A stretch of DNA of 64,000 bases, from the NCBI GenBank assembly GCA_964363475.1, contig CAYIII010000002.1, positions 6,661 through 70,660 of the forward strand. Direction: 5' to 3'. The notes beneath the pieces are model-generated. The model saw nothing but the letters and a program-made list of their open reading frames with translations, did no database searches and was not told the origin of the DNA. Each line of letters begins with the position of its first letter. The stretch's first letter is position 1. This stretch comes from an uncultured Candidatus Saccharibacteria bacterium (GTDB lineage Bacteria; Patescibacteriota; Minisyncoccia; UBA6257; UBA11618). Shown in pieces: positions 56,269-64,000 of this stretch. The translations under genes and the position numbers were made by a program.

Positions 56269-57125
56269 AATTAGTTAATATAGGGGTTCCCGCTTTGAAT
56301 GAAGAAAGATTTCTTTCTCAGACACTGGACTCATTATTGGCTCAAGATTATTCCAATCTGGAAATTATTATTTGTGATAACGCTTCTACTGATAAGACCG
56401 AAGAAATATCTTGTAAATATGCGGGAAAAGATAGTCGCATTAAATATTTTAAAAATAAAGAACGATTATCTGGGCCAGAAAATTGGAATAGAGCCTTTCA
56501 ATTATCATCAAGTAAATATTTCATGTGGGCTAGTGGGCATGATTTATATGATAAAAGTTTTGTTTCTTCTTGTATGGAAATTTTAGAGAAGGAAGAAAAT
56601 GTGACTCTGGCTTATTCTTTAACTTATTCAATAGATGAATATAACAATAAATTACAAATTATACCGCAATACCTTGACACTAGAACATTAAATTTAATAT
56701 CAAGATTTAATAAGTTTATATTGGCTTCCAATAATTCTAGTTGTATACTTACTGGTTTAATAAGGTCAGAATCAATTAGAAAAACTCATTTAATGCAAAA
56801 TACATTGGCGGCAGACACGCTTTTTTTAAGTGAATTATCTTTATTGAGCTATTTTGCTCAAACACAAAAACCATTATATTATCGTCGAGAAATAAGACCA
56901 CATGAAACTCCCATTATGACTTCAAAAAGAAGAATTAAGGATATTTTTAGAAATAAAAAAAAATATCCAGCAATATTTTATTTATTTCATTTAATATATA
57001 AATATCTTATAACGATATGGCGATCTTCAATAAATTTCGGCTATAAAATAATTCTTTCTTTTTTTATTTTTTTTGATTTAGGAATTTTATATTTTAAAAC
57101 AATACTAAAATATGTGAAAAAATGA
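56265..57125 (+). CDS. GT2 glycosyltransferase (paralog 4)
   Basis: IGVPALNEE, ICDNASTD, YFMWASGHD. Confidence 0.9.
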   Translation: MKLVNIGVPALNEERFLSQTLDSLLAQDYSNLEIIICDNASTDKTEEISCKYAGKDSRIKYFKNKERLSGPENWNRAFQLSSSKYFMWASGHDLYDKSFVSSCMEILEKEENVTLAYSLTYSIDEYNNKLQIIPQYLDTRTLNLISRFNKFILASNNSSCILTGLIRSESIRKTHLMQNTLAADTLFLSELSLLSYFAQTQKPLYYRREIRPHETPIMTSKRRIKDIFRNKKKYPAIFYLFHLIYKYLITIWRSSINFGYKIILSFFIFFDLGILYFKTILKYVKK

Positions 57126-58282
57126 AGATTGCTTATATAATTAACGCCAGATTACCAACGGAAAAAGCGCATGGTTACCAAATTGTAAAAATGTGCGAAG
57201 CCTTCGCTATTCAAGGCGCTGATGTTTTATTGTGCCATCCGTTTCGCTTTCAAAATAAAGATTTACAAAATATGAATGTATTTGATTTTTACAAAGTTAA
57301 AAAAAACTTTAAAGTTATAACCACAGCGAATCTAGATTTGCTTCCGTTATCAGATAATAAAATATTATTTATTTTACAAACATTGCTTTGGGGAGCTTTT
57401 GCTGTATTTAAATTAAGAAAAGAAGAAATTGATATTTACTATACAAGAGACGCTTTAACAGTGTTTTGGATGTCAATTTTTGGTTTCCCGATTGTTTACG
57501 AAGAACATGTAATTCATAGTGGAGCAGGACAATTTTTATTAAGAATGGTTTCTCAAAAATCTTCCCTTAAATTAGTTGTAGTTTTAACAAATTTTATAAA
57601 AGATAATTTTATTAAGCTTGGATTTTCTCCAAATAAAGTAATTGTTGCCTCTGATGGTGTAGATTTGGCAATGTTTAAAAATTTGCCAGATAAAATTAAT
57701 TGCAGAAAGAAATTAGAATTGCCGGAATTTGTATTTATAGTGGGATATGTGGGCAGATTTAAGGTTTTTGGCAATCAAGAAAAAGGAATTCCCCAGCTAA
57801 TAGAAGCGATATCTATATTAAAAAATAAAAATATTTTATTACTATTGGTTGGCGGGCCACAAAACGCCGTAAATGATTATCTAAATTTAGCCAAAAAATT
57901 AAATGTCCGAAATATAAAAATTGTTAATCAAGTTCCGGTGTCAGAAGTCCCCTACTGGATGAGAGCTTGTGATGCGGTCACTATTCCGTGGACATGGACT
58001 AAATTTTCTGCTTATTACACTTCTCCGCTTAAGCTTTTTGAATACATGGCATCTAAAACGCCGATCATTGCCAGTAATTTACCATCATTAAGAGAAATTC
58101 TTAATGAGAAAAATTCAATTTTGGTTAAGCCGGGAGATTCTATGGATTTAGCCGATGGAATTGAAAAAGTTTTAAACAATAAAAATTTAGCCAATCAAAT
58201 ATCAGAACAAGCTTATAGGGATGTGCAAAATTACACTTGGGAAAACAGAGCTAGGAAGATATTATCATTTTTATGCATATAG
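57122..58282 (+). CDS. GT4 glycosyltransferase
   Basis: PTEKAHGYQIVKMCEAF, GYVGR, SPLKLFEYMAS. Confidence 0.9.
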   Translation: MKIAYIINARLPTEKAHGYQIVKMCEAFAIQGADVLLCHPFRFQNKDLQNMNVFDFYKVKKNFKVITTANLDLLPLSDNKILFILQTLLWGAFAVFKLRKEEIDIYYTRDALTVFWMSIFGFPIVYEEHVIHSGAGQFLLRMVSQKSSLKLVVVLTNFIKDNFIKLGFSPNKVIVASDGVDLAMFKNLPDKINCRKKLELPEFVFIVGYVGRFKVFGNQEKGIPQLIEAISILKNKNILLLLVGGPQNAVNDYLNLAKKLNVRNIKIVNQVPVSEVPYWMRACDAVTIPWTWTKFSAYYTSPLKLFEYMASKTPIIASNLPSLREILNEKNSILVKPGDSMDLADGIEKVLNNKNLANQISEQAYRDVQNYTWENRARKILSFLCI

Positions 58283-59400
58283 TGCTTATTAGCAGTACTA
58301 ATGAAAATAATTCCGGCTGGGGCACAATAACACACAACCATTGTCTTGCGCTGTTAAGTAAAAAACAGTCTTTTATATTGCTCCTTCCTAAAAAGGCCAA
58401 AAGAATAGTTACCGCATATTCAAATAATATAGAATATATTTTACCTAACCTGCCTCTTAGTTTTAATTCTATTAAAGGAATTTTACAATTACCTCTTTTA
58501 TATAAAAAAATAAAAATTAATTATCAAAAACCCGCTGTTATCCATTCATTATTAGACTTCCCGTATGCCTTGCTTGGATGGCATATGGCTCGTAGAAATA
58601 AATTACCATTTATTTTTACTGCTCACGGAACATATTCTGTAAAACCTTTTTTTAATTTATTAGACAAAATTTTATTTACACCAGCATATAAAAATGCTAA
58701 TTCAATAATTGCAGTAAGCCAATTTACATCTAAAAATATAACGAAAGTTTCTGCTTATGAGAGGAAAATTAATATTATTAATAATCCCATTGCTTATACA
58801 AAAACAAAGATTCATCAAAATTATAATTTTTTAGGTTTTGCGCCTCCTAACTTTAAAATTATTTTAAGCGTTGGCCCTTTAAAGCCAAGAAAGGGTCACG
58901 AAATATTAATAAAAGCTTTTAACGAAGTTAATAGAATCATCGCTGATTCATGTTTAATTATTATAGGATCTGGTGATAATAATTTTTATAAAAATTTGAT
59001 TGATAATGATAAAAAACATTTAGTTTTTTTTATTCCTCAAGCTTCTTCTGAAGAATTGGCGTTTTGTTTTCAGCATTGCAGTGTTTTTGCAATGCTGCCA
59101 AAATACATTGACCATGAATTTGAGGGTTATGGATTGGTCTACTTAGAAGCCGGTTTATACAAGAAACCGGTTGTCGGCACTTTTTCAGGAGGAGTACCGG
59201 AAGCTGTAATTAATGGAAAAACTGGCATTTTGGTGTCAGAAAATGACGAAAAATCAACAGCGACGGCAATTATCAAAATATTACAAAATAAATATCTGGC
59301 AGAAAGCTTGGGTAATAATGGTTATAAATTGGCCAGGCAAAGAAATTGGGATGATTATATAAATAAAATTATAAAAATTTATGAATCTGTTTGTAGCTAG
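58273..59400 (+). CDS. GT4 glycosyltransferase
   Basis: TAHGTY, SVGPLKPRKG, EGYGLVYLEA, SGGVPEAV. Confidence 0.9.
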   Translation: MHIVLISSTNENNSGWGTITHNHCLALLSKKQSFILLLPKKAKRIVTAYSNNIEYILPNLPLSFNSIKGILQLPLLYKKIKINYQKPAVIHSLLDFPYALLGWHMARRNKLPFIFTAHGTYSVKPFFNLLDKILFTPAYKNANSIIAVSQFTSKNITKVSAYERKINIINNPIAYTKTKIHQNYNFLGFAPPNFKIILSVGPLKPRKGHEILIKAFNEVNRIIADSCLIIIGSGDNNFYKNLIDNDKKHLVFFIPQASSEELAFCFQHCSVFAMLPKYIDHEFEGYGLVYLEAGLYKKPVVGTFSGGVPEAVINGKTGILVSENDEKSTATAIIKILQNKYLAESLGNNGYKLARQRNWDDYINKIIKIYESVCS

Positions 59401-60760
59401 CTTTCACTTTCTATCTTCAAGGAACTTTTTTACCACTGATGTGTTTAGCGCGCTAAAACAAAATAAAAAAATTAACCTAATAGTATTTGTTCCTAAAAGT
59501 AAATTAGATCTTTTACGAAATAATTATGAACATGAAAATGTCAAATTAGTTGGCATAGACGAACAACTTATTTTAGGCAGAAACTTTTCTAAATTTAAAT
59601 GGTTGAATTTTTTTTTAATCCCGACGCGCGCAGTAAGATTTAGAGCTCAGGAAAAATGGAATAGAGAAAGAACTTTTACGGGTCTTATAGAATTAGGGTT
59701 ATCTTATTTTTTGTCATTATTTTTATCAAAATTTAAGTTTGCAAGAAATATAGTAAGATATTTAGATAAAAAATTTGATAGATCGCCAATGTTGTTAGAA
59801 TATTTTAACAAATATAGACCAGAATATATTCTAGTAACTGACGTTTTTAATAATGCAGACATCTGTTTTCTAAAAGAAGCAGAGGTCAATAATGTGTTTT
59901 CTATGGGATTAGTTCGTTCTTGGGACAACACCACTACAAAGGGATTAATGAGGATAATTACTAATAAATTAATCGTTAACAATGAAATCATAAAAAATGA
60001 GGCCGTAAAATTTCATGATGTAAATCCTAGAGATATTTTTATTAGTGGAATTCCTCAATTTGATATATATTTTCGCAACGCATATAACACGCGTGAAGAG
60101 TTTTTTAAAGAAATTGGAGCCGATATTAATAAAAGATTAATATTATTTGCGCCCGCCGGATCTATTTTGTCAGATACAGATTGGCAGTTATGCCAAATAT
60201 TAAAAGATGGCTTGCGTAAAAAAATATTACCGAGCAACATTCAATTCTTAATTAGAAAACATCCTTTAGGGCATCCAGGGTTTTTAGAAAAATTTATAAC
60301 TGATAAAAATTTTTTAATAGAATGGCCCGGCACAAAACCCGAAAATAGCGACCATCCTAAAATAACAGAATTAATTAATAAGGACCAGAAACATTTAGTT
60401 AATTCTTTACACTATTCTGAAATGATAATTTATGTTAATTCTACGATTGGCATTGACTCTCTACCTTTTAATAAGCCACAGATAATGATTGAGTTTGATG
60501 GATGGGAAAAGAAACGTTATATTGAAAGCGTTAAACATTATCACGACGAGGAGCATATGCAGAAATATTTGCAAACAGGAGCAGTAAAAATAGCGAAAAC
60601 ACCAGAAGAGTTATTGCTTCTAATTAATATTTTCCTTAATAATCCCAAAATAGATGAAGAAAAAAGAAAGACGGCTATTAAAGAACAATTATATTATTCT
60701 GATGACCAATGTGGCAAAAGAGTTGCGAATTTCGTTTTAAAACAAATCAATAATTTATGA
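59381..60760 (+). CDS. GT-B fold transferase, CDP-glycerol glycerophosphotransferase-like
   Basis: RSWDNTTTKG, GIPQFD, IRKHP, STIGID..FNKP. Confidence 0.6.
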   Translation: MNLFVASFHFLSSRNFFTTDVFSALKQNKKINLIVFVPKSKLDLLRNNYEHENVKLVGIDEQLILGRNFSKFKWLNFFLIPTRAVRFRAQEKWNRERTFTGLIELGLSYFLSLFLSKFKFARNIVRYLDKKFDRSPMLLEYFNKYRPEYILVTDVFNNADICFLKEAEVNNVFSMGLVRSWDNTTTKGLMRIITNKLIVNNEIIKNEAVKFHDVNPRDIFISGIPQFDIYFRNAYNTREEFFKEIGADINKRLILFAPAGSILSDTDWQLCQILKDGLRKKILPSNIQFLIRKHPLGHPGFLEKFITDKNFLIEWPGTKPENSDHPKITELINKDQKHLVNSLHYSEMIIYVNSTIGIDSLPFNKPQIMIEFDGWEKKRYIESVKHYHDEEHMQKYLQTGAVKIAKTPEELLLLINIFLNNPKIDEEKRKTAIKEQLYYSDDQCGKRVANFVLKQINNL

Positions 60761-61749
60761 AAAAAAATAAAGTAGCTTTAATAACGGGAATTAATGGACA
60801 AGACGGTTCTTATTTAGCGGAATTATTATTATTAAAGAATTATGAAGTGCACGGCATTATTCGCAGGTCTTCAGTAATAAATACCGGACTCATAAAACAT
60901 ATAATGCCAAAATTATTTTTGCATTACGGCGACTTAATAGACGCCAATACAATAAGAAAATTAGTTTATAAAATCAAACCGAATGAAATCTACAATTTAG
61001 CGGCGCAATCACAAGTAAGAGTAAGTTTTGATATTCCCGAATATACCCTCAACGTTACTGGTTTGGGGCCGACAAGAATATTGGAAGCTATTAAGGATTT
61101 TGAGGACGGTGGCAACGAGAAAATAAAATTTTACCAAGCCAGTTCCAGCGAGATGTTTGGCAATACTTCGCCTCCGCAAAATGAAAAATCTTTATTTTTC
61201 CCGAGAAGCCCGTACGGATGCGCAAAACTCTTGGGTTATCATTCAACTTGTAATTATAGAGACGGATTTAATATTTTTGCGGTAAATGGGATTCTTTTTA
61301 ATCATGAATCCCCTCGTCGCGGCGAAGAATTCGTTACCAGAAAAATAACTTCCGGCGTAGCCAAAATTAAGGCCGGTCTAATGAAAAAAATTTCTTTGGG
61401 TAATTTAAGCGCCAAACGCGACTGGGGTTACGCTCCTGAATATATGGAGGCCGTTTGGTTGATGATGCAACAAGATAAGCCGGATGATTATGTTATTGGT
61501 ACTGGAGAAAGCCACTCAATTGAAGAATTTCTAGATGAATCATTTAAGGCGGTTGGCATTGATAAGTGGAAAAAATATGTTGAAATTAATTCGTCTTATT
61601 TCAGACCGACGGATGTTCATAATTTAGTTGCTGATTATAGTAAAGCCCAAAAAAAACTTGGCTGGTGTCCCAAAGTTAAATTTCATGATTTAGTAAAAAT
61701 TATGGTGGAAGCTGATTTAAAACATATAAAAAATGATAAAACTGGTTAA
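60757..61749 (+). CDS. gmd: GDP-mannose 4,6-dehydratase
   Basis: ITGINGQDGSYLAE, YQASSSEMFG, PRSPYG.AK, FNHESPRRG..FVTRKI, RDWG. Confidence 0.95.
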   Translation: MKKNKVALITGINGQDGSYLAELLLLKNYEVHGIIRRSSVINTGLIKHIMPKLFLHYGDLIDANTIRKLVYKIKPNEIYNLAAQSQVRVSFDIPEYTLNVTGLGPTRILEAIKDFEDGGNEKIKFYQASSSEMFGNTSPPQNEKSLFFPRSPYGCAKLLGYHSTCNYRDGFNIFAVNGILFNHESPRRGEEFVTRKITSGVAKIKAGLMKKISLGNLSAKRDWGYAPEYMEAVWLMMQQDKPDDYVIGTGESHSIEEFLDESFKAVGIDKWKKYVEINSSYFRPTDVHNLVADYSKAQKKLGWCPKVKFHDLVKIMVEADLKHIKNDKTG

Positions 61750-62899
61750 ATCTACATTTTATAAAGAAAAAGAAACTAAAAAAAAGCTAATTAATTTTAT
61801 CAAGAAATCCGCCATTCTTAGCATGAATAGCGAGTGCCGCAAATTTGAAGATGCATTTGCTGAAAAGCAAGGCAGAAGACATGCGGTTTTTGTTAGTAGT
61901 GGCAGTAGCGCTAATTTAGTTTTAATACAATCACTCCTTAATTTAAATTGGCTTAGAAAGAATTATGTTATTGGCGTATCAGCACTAACCTGGCCAACAA
62001 ATATAATGCCACTTATTCAATTGGGGTTAAAAGTCCTATTCTTAGATTGCGAAATGAAAACTATTAATGTTTCACCGGATATATTTAAAAGAAAAATTAA
62101 AAATTTAGACGGCCTTTTTTTAACTAATGTTTTGGGATTTAGCGATCATATAGAAACAATAGCTAGTTTGTGTAAAAAAAATGATATTATTTTTTTGGAA
62201 GATAATTGTGAATCTTTGGGTTCTAAAGTTAACGGTAAGTTATTAGGTAATTTTGGATTGGCTGCCACCTTTTCTTTCTTTGTCGGTCATCATCTGTCTA
62301 CCATTGAAGGCGGTATGATTGTTACAGATAATTCAGAATTATATCATATGCTTTTAAAGGTTCGGGCGCATGGCTGGGACAGAGATTTGCCAAAAGAAGA
62401 AATGTATAATATCAGATTAGTTCATAATATTAATAATTTTTTTTCTCGTTATACTTTTTATGATTTGGCTTATAATGCTAGACCGACAGAAATAAGCGGT
62501 TTTTTGGGCAATAATCAACTGCGCTACTGGGACGAAATAGTTAATAAACGCTTTAATAATTTCAAAAAGTTTCATGACGCGCAAAGAAAAAATGATGATT
62601 TTATTTTATTAGATATGAATCATATGGATTTGGTATCCAATTTCGCAATGCCAGTTATTTGTAAAAATAAGGATTGTTTTGAGAAATATCAAAAGAGATT
62701 TGAAAAAAATAATGTAGAAATTAGACCTATTATAGCTGGTAATATTATGGAACAACCGTTTTATTTAAAATATAAAGATAAAAATGGCATTAATTGTAAA
62801 AATACCCGACTTATTCATGAAAACGGATTTTACTTTGGCAATAATCCGGAATTAACAACAAAAGAAATTAAATTTTTATGCAATTTGCTCAAAAAATGA
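61733..62899 (+). CDS. colD: GDP-4-keto-6-deoxy-D-mannose 3-dehydratase (ColD-type DegT family)
   Basis: SGSSANL, EDNCESLG, FSFFVGHHLSTIEGG (His at the usual Lys position), RAHGW.R.LP. Confidence 0.8.
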   Translation: MIKLVKSTFYKEKETKKKLINFIKKSAILSMNSECRKFEDAFAEKQGRRHAVFVSSGSSANLVLIQSLLNLNWLRKNYVIGVSALTWPTNIMPLIQLGLKVLFLDCEMKTINVSPDIFKRKIKNLDGLFLTNVLGFSDHIETIASLCKKNDIIFLEDNCESLGSKVNGKLLGNFGLAATFSFFVGHHLSTIEGGMIVTDNSELYHMLLKVRAHGWDRDLPKEEMYNIRLVHNINNFFSRYTFYDLAYNARPTEISGFLGNNQLRYWDEIVNKRFNNFKKFHDAQRKNDDFILLDMNHMDLVSNFAMPVICKNKDCFEKYQKRFEKNNVEIRPIIAGNIMEQPFYLKYKDKNGINCKNTRLIHENGFYFGNNPELTTKEIKFLCNLLKK

Positions 62900-63840
62900 T
62901 TAATTTGAAAAATAAAAAAATTTTATTGACAGGCGGAGGTGGATTTTTGGGAAATTATGTGTTTGAAGCATTAATAAAGAGGAGGGTCAAGAAAGAAAAT
63001 ATATTTATCCCCCGCTCACAGGAATATGATCTAAGAAAGAGAAGTGTATGTAATCAGGTGGTGCGTAATAAAGATATTATTATACATCTAGCCGCCCTTG
63101 TTGGAGGCATAGGTTTCAACCAAAAAAATCCCGCATCAGTTTTTTATGATAATGCTTCAATGGCGCTTAATTTAATTGATGCCGCTTATAAATCTGGTAT
63201 TGAAAAGTTTGTTGGTATTGGAAGCGTGTGTTCTTATCCTAAATTTTCAAAAATACCATTTGTGGAAACAGACTTGTGGCTTGGTTATCCGGAAGAAACG
63301 AATGCTCCCTATGGTTTAGCTAAAAAAATGATGCTGGTTCAATCACAGGCCTATCATAAGCAGTATGGATTTAATGCTATTCATTTATTAATGATTAATT
63401 TATATGGACCTGGAGATAATTTTGACCCGCAGAGTTCTCATGTTGTGCCAGCTTTAATTAAAAAAATAGTTAATGCTAAAAAAAATAAGTTGCCATTTAT
63501 AGAAATATGGGGAAGCGGTAAAGCTACTAGAGAGTTTTTGTATGTTGAAGATGCGGCGAAGGGAATTATATTGGCCACAGAAAAATATGATAAATCAGAT
63601 CCGGTTAATATTGGATGCAACGCAGAAACTTCTATAAAAGATTTAGTTGGTTTAATTTGTAAAATAATTAAATATAAAGGCGAAGTTCGTTGGGATAAAA
63701 CTAAACCCGACGGACAACCAAGAAGGATGTTAAATGCTGACTTAGCGAAAAAAGAATTCGGGTTTATCAGCAAAACTCAATTAAATAAAGGTTTAAAGAA
63801 AACAATTAATTGGTATATAAAATCTAAATCTCTTGTCTAA
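62896..63840 (+). CDS. fcl: GDP-L-fucose/colitose synthase (epimerase-reductase)
   Basis: HLAALVGGIG.N, GSVCSYPK, PYGLAKK, NLYGPGDNF...SHVVPALI, REFLYVED, KPDGQPRR. Confidence 0.9.
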   Translation: MINLKNKKILLTGGGGFLGNYVFEALIKRRVKKENIFIPRSQEYDLRKRSVCNQVVRNKDIIIHLAALVGGIGFNQKNPASVFYDNASMALNLIDAAYKSGIEKFVGIGSVCSYPKFSKIPFVETDLWLGYPEETNAPYGLAKKMMLVQSQAYHKQYGFNAIHLLMINLYGPGDNFDPQSSHVVPALIKKIVNAKKNKLPFIEIWGSGKATREFLYVEDAAKGIILATEKYDKSDPVNIGCNAETSIKDLVGLICKIIKYKGEVRWDKTKPDGQPRRMLNADLAKKEFGFISKTQLNKGLKKTINWYIKSKSLV

Positions 63841-64000
63841 ATATTTTATTTTCTTTTAATAACATTTGTTCCGAACGTAATAATGGAAGAGAGTGATAAT
63901 CATTATTGCCTAAATAGGCTGCCCACCAAGAAAAGGTGGATCCGCCACCTATTATCGATTGAGCATTTTTAAGCATCCAAAAATCAAAAATATAATCTGG
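63824..64000 (-). CDS. GT11 alpha-1,2-fucosyl/colitosyltransferase, C-terminal fragment (gene starts outside window)
   Basis: Manual translation PDYIFDFWMLKNAQSIIGGGSTFSWWAAYLG...; STFSWWAAYL is the GT11 motif III. Confidence 0.75.
   Translation of the reverse strand, partial: PDYIFDFWMLKNAQSIIGGGSTFSWWAAYLGNNDYHSLPLLRSEQMLLKENKIFRQEI

Noticed and set aside
860-63773. Many short ORFs antisense to or out of frame within long genes (e.g. 860-1069, 2894-3250, 4624-4968, 12700-13122, 41368-41787, 63438-63773)
   Set aside because: Shadow ORFs fully overlapping well-supported genes, with no motifs or expression signals.
1-64000. CRISPR array, transposase, integrase, rRNA
   Set aside because: No regularly spaced repeat-spacer units or corresponding protein/RNA motifs were seen.

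Overview
AT-rich bacterial chromosomal segment, most consistent with a Patescibacteria (CPR, Parcubacteria-type) genome. This assignment is inferred from gene order, compact core genes and standard-code TGA stops. Positions 1-24.8 kb hold core genes: the dcw start (mraZ-rsmH-ftsL-like-ftsI-murF), tRNA-Val(CAC), rplJL with an L10 leader, rpmF-nusB-rnc, rpsP-khpA-trmD, dnaE, a short thrS and gatB. Interspersed among them are solitary accessory genes and surface proteins. Positions 24.8-64 kb are a ~39 kb surface-glycan locus with many GT2/GT4 enzymes, methyltransferases, GDP-heptose genes, a YerE-like TPP enzyme, a gmd-colD-colC(fcl) colitose route and a partial GT11. The most striking signal is two classes of 5' UTR. 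Core genes have A-rich starts with no Shine-Dalgarno (SD). About eight scattered accessory genes (sigma factor, desaturase, GNAT, aminotransferase, HD hydrolase, hypotheticals) instead share a boxA-like YYTTGAMAA motif followed by a strong SD, and most also have their own promoter and terminator. Other notable items are a cruciform element inserted at the tRNA 5' end with an 18-bp duplication, two back-to-back related structured elements at 6.7-7.07 kb, an NDT-NUDIX-NDT trio, heptamer arrays and four GT2 paralogs with near-identical 5' DNA. No CRISPR array, integrase or transposase was seen.
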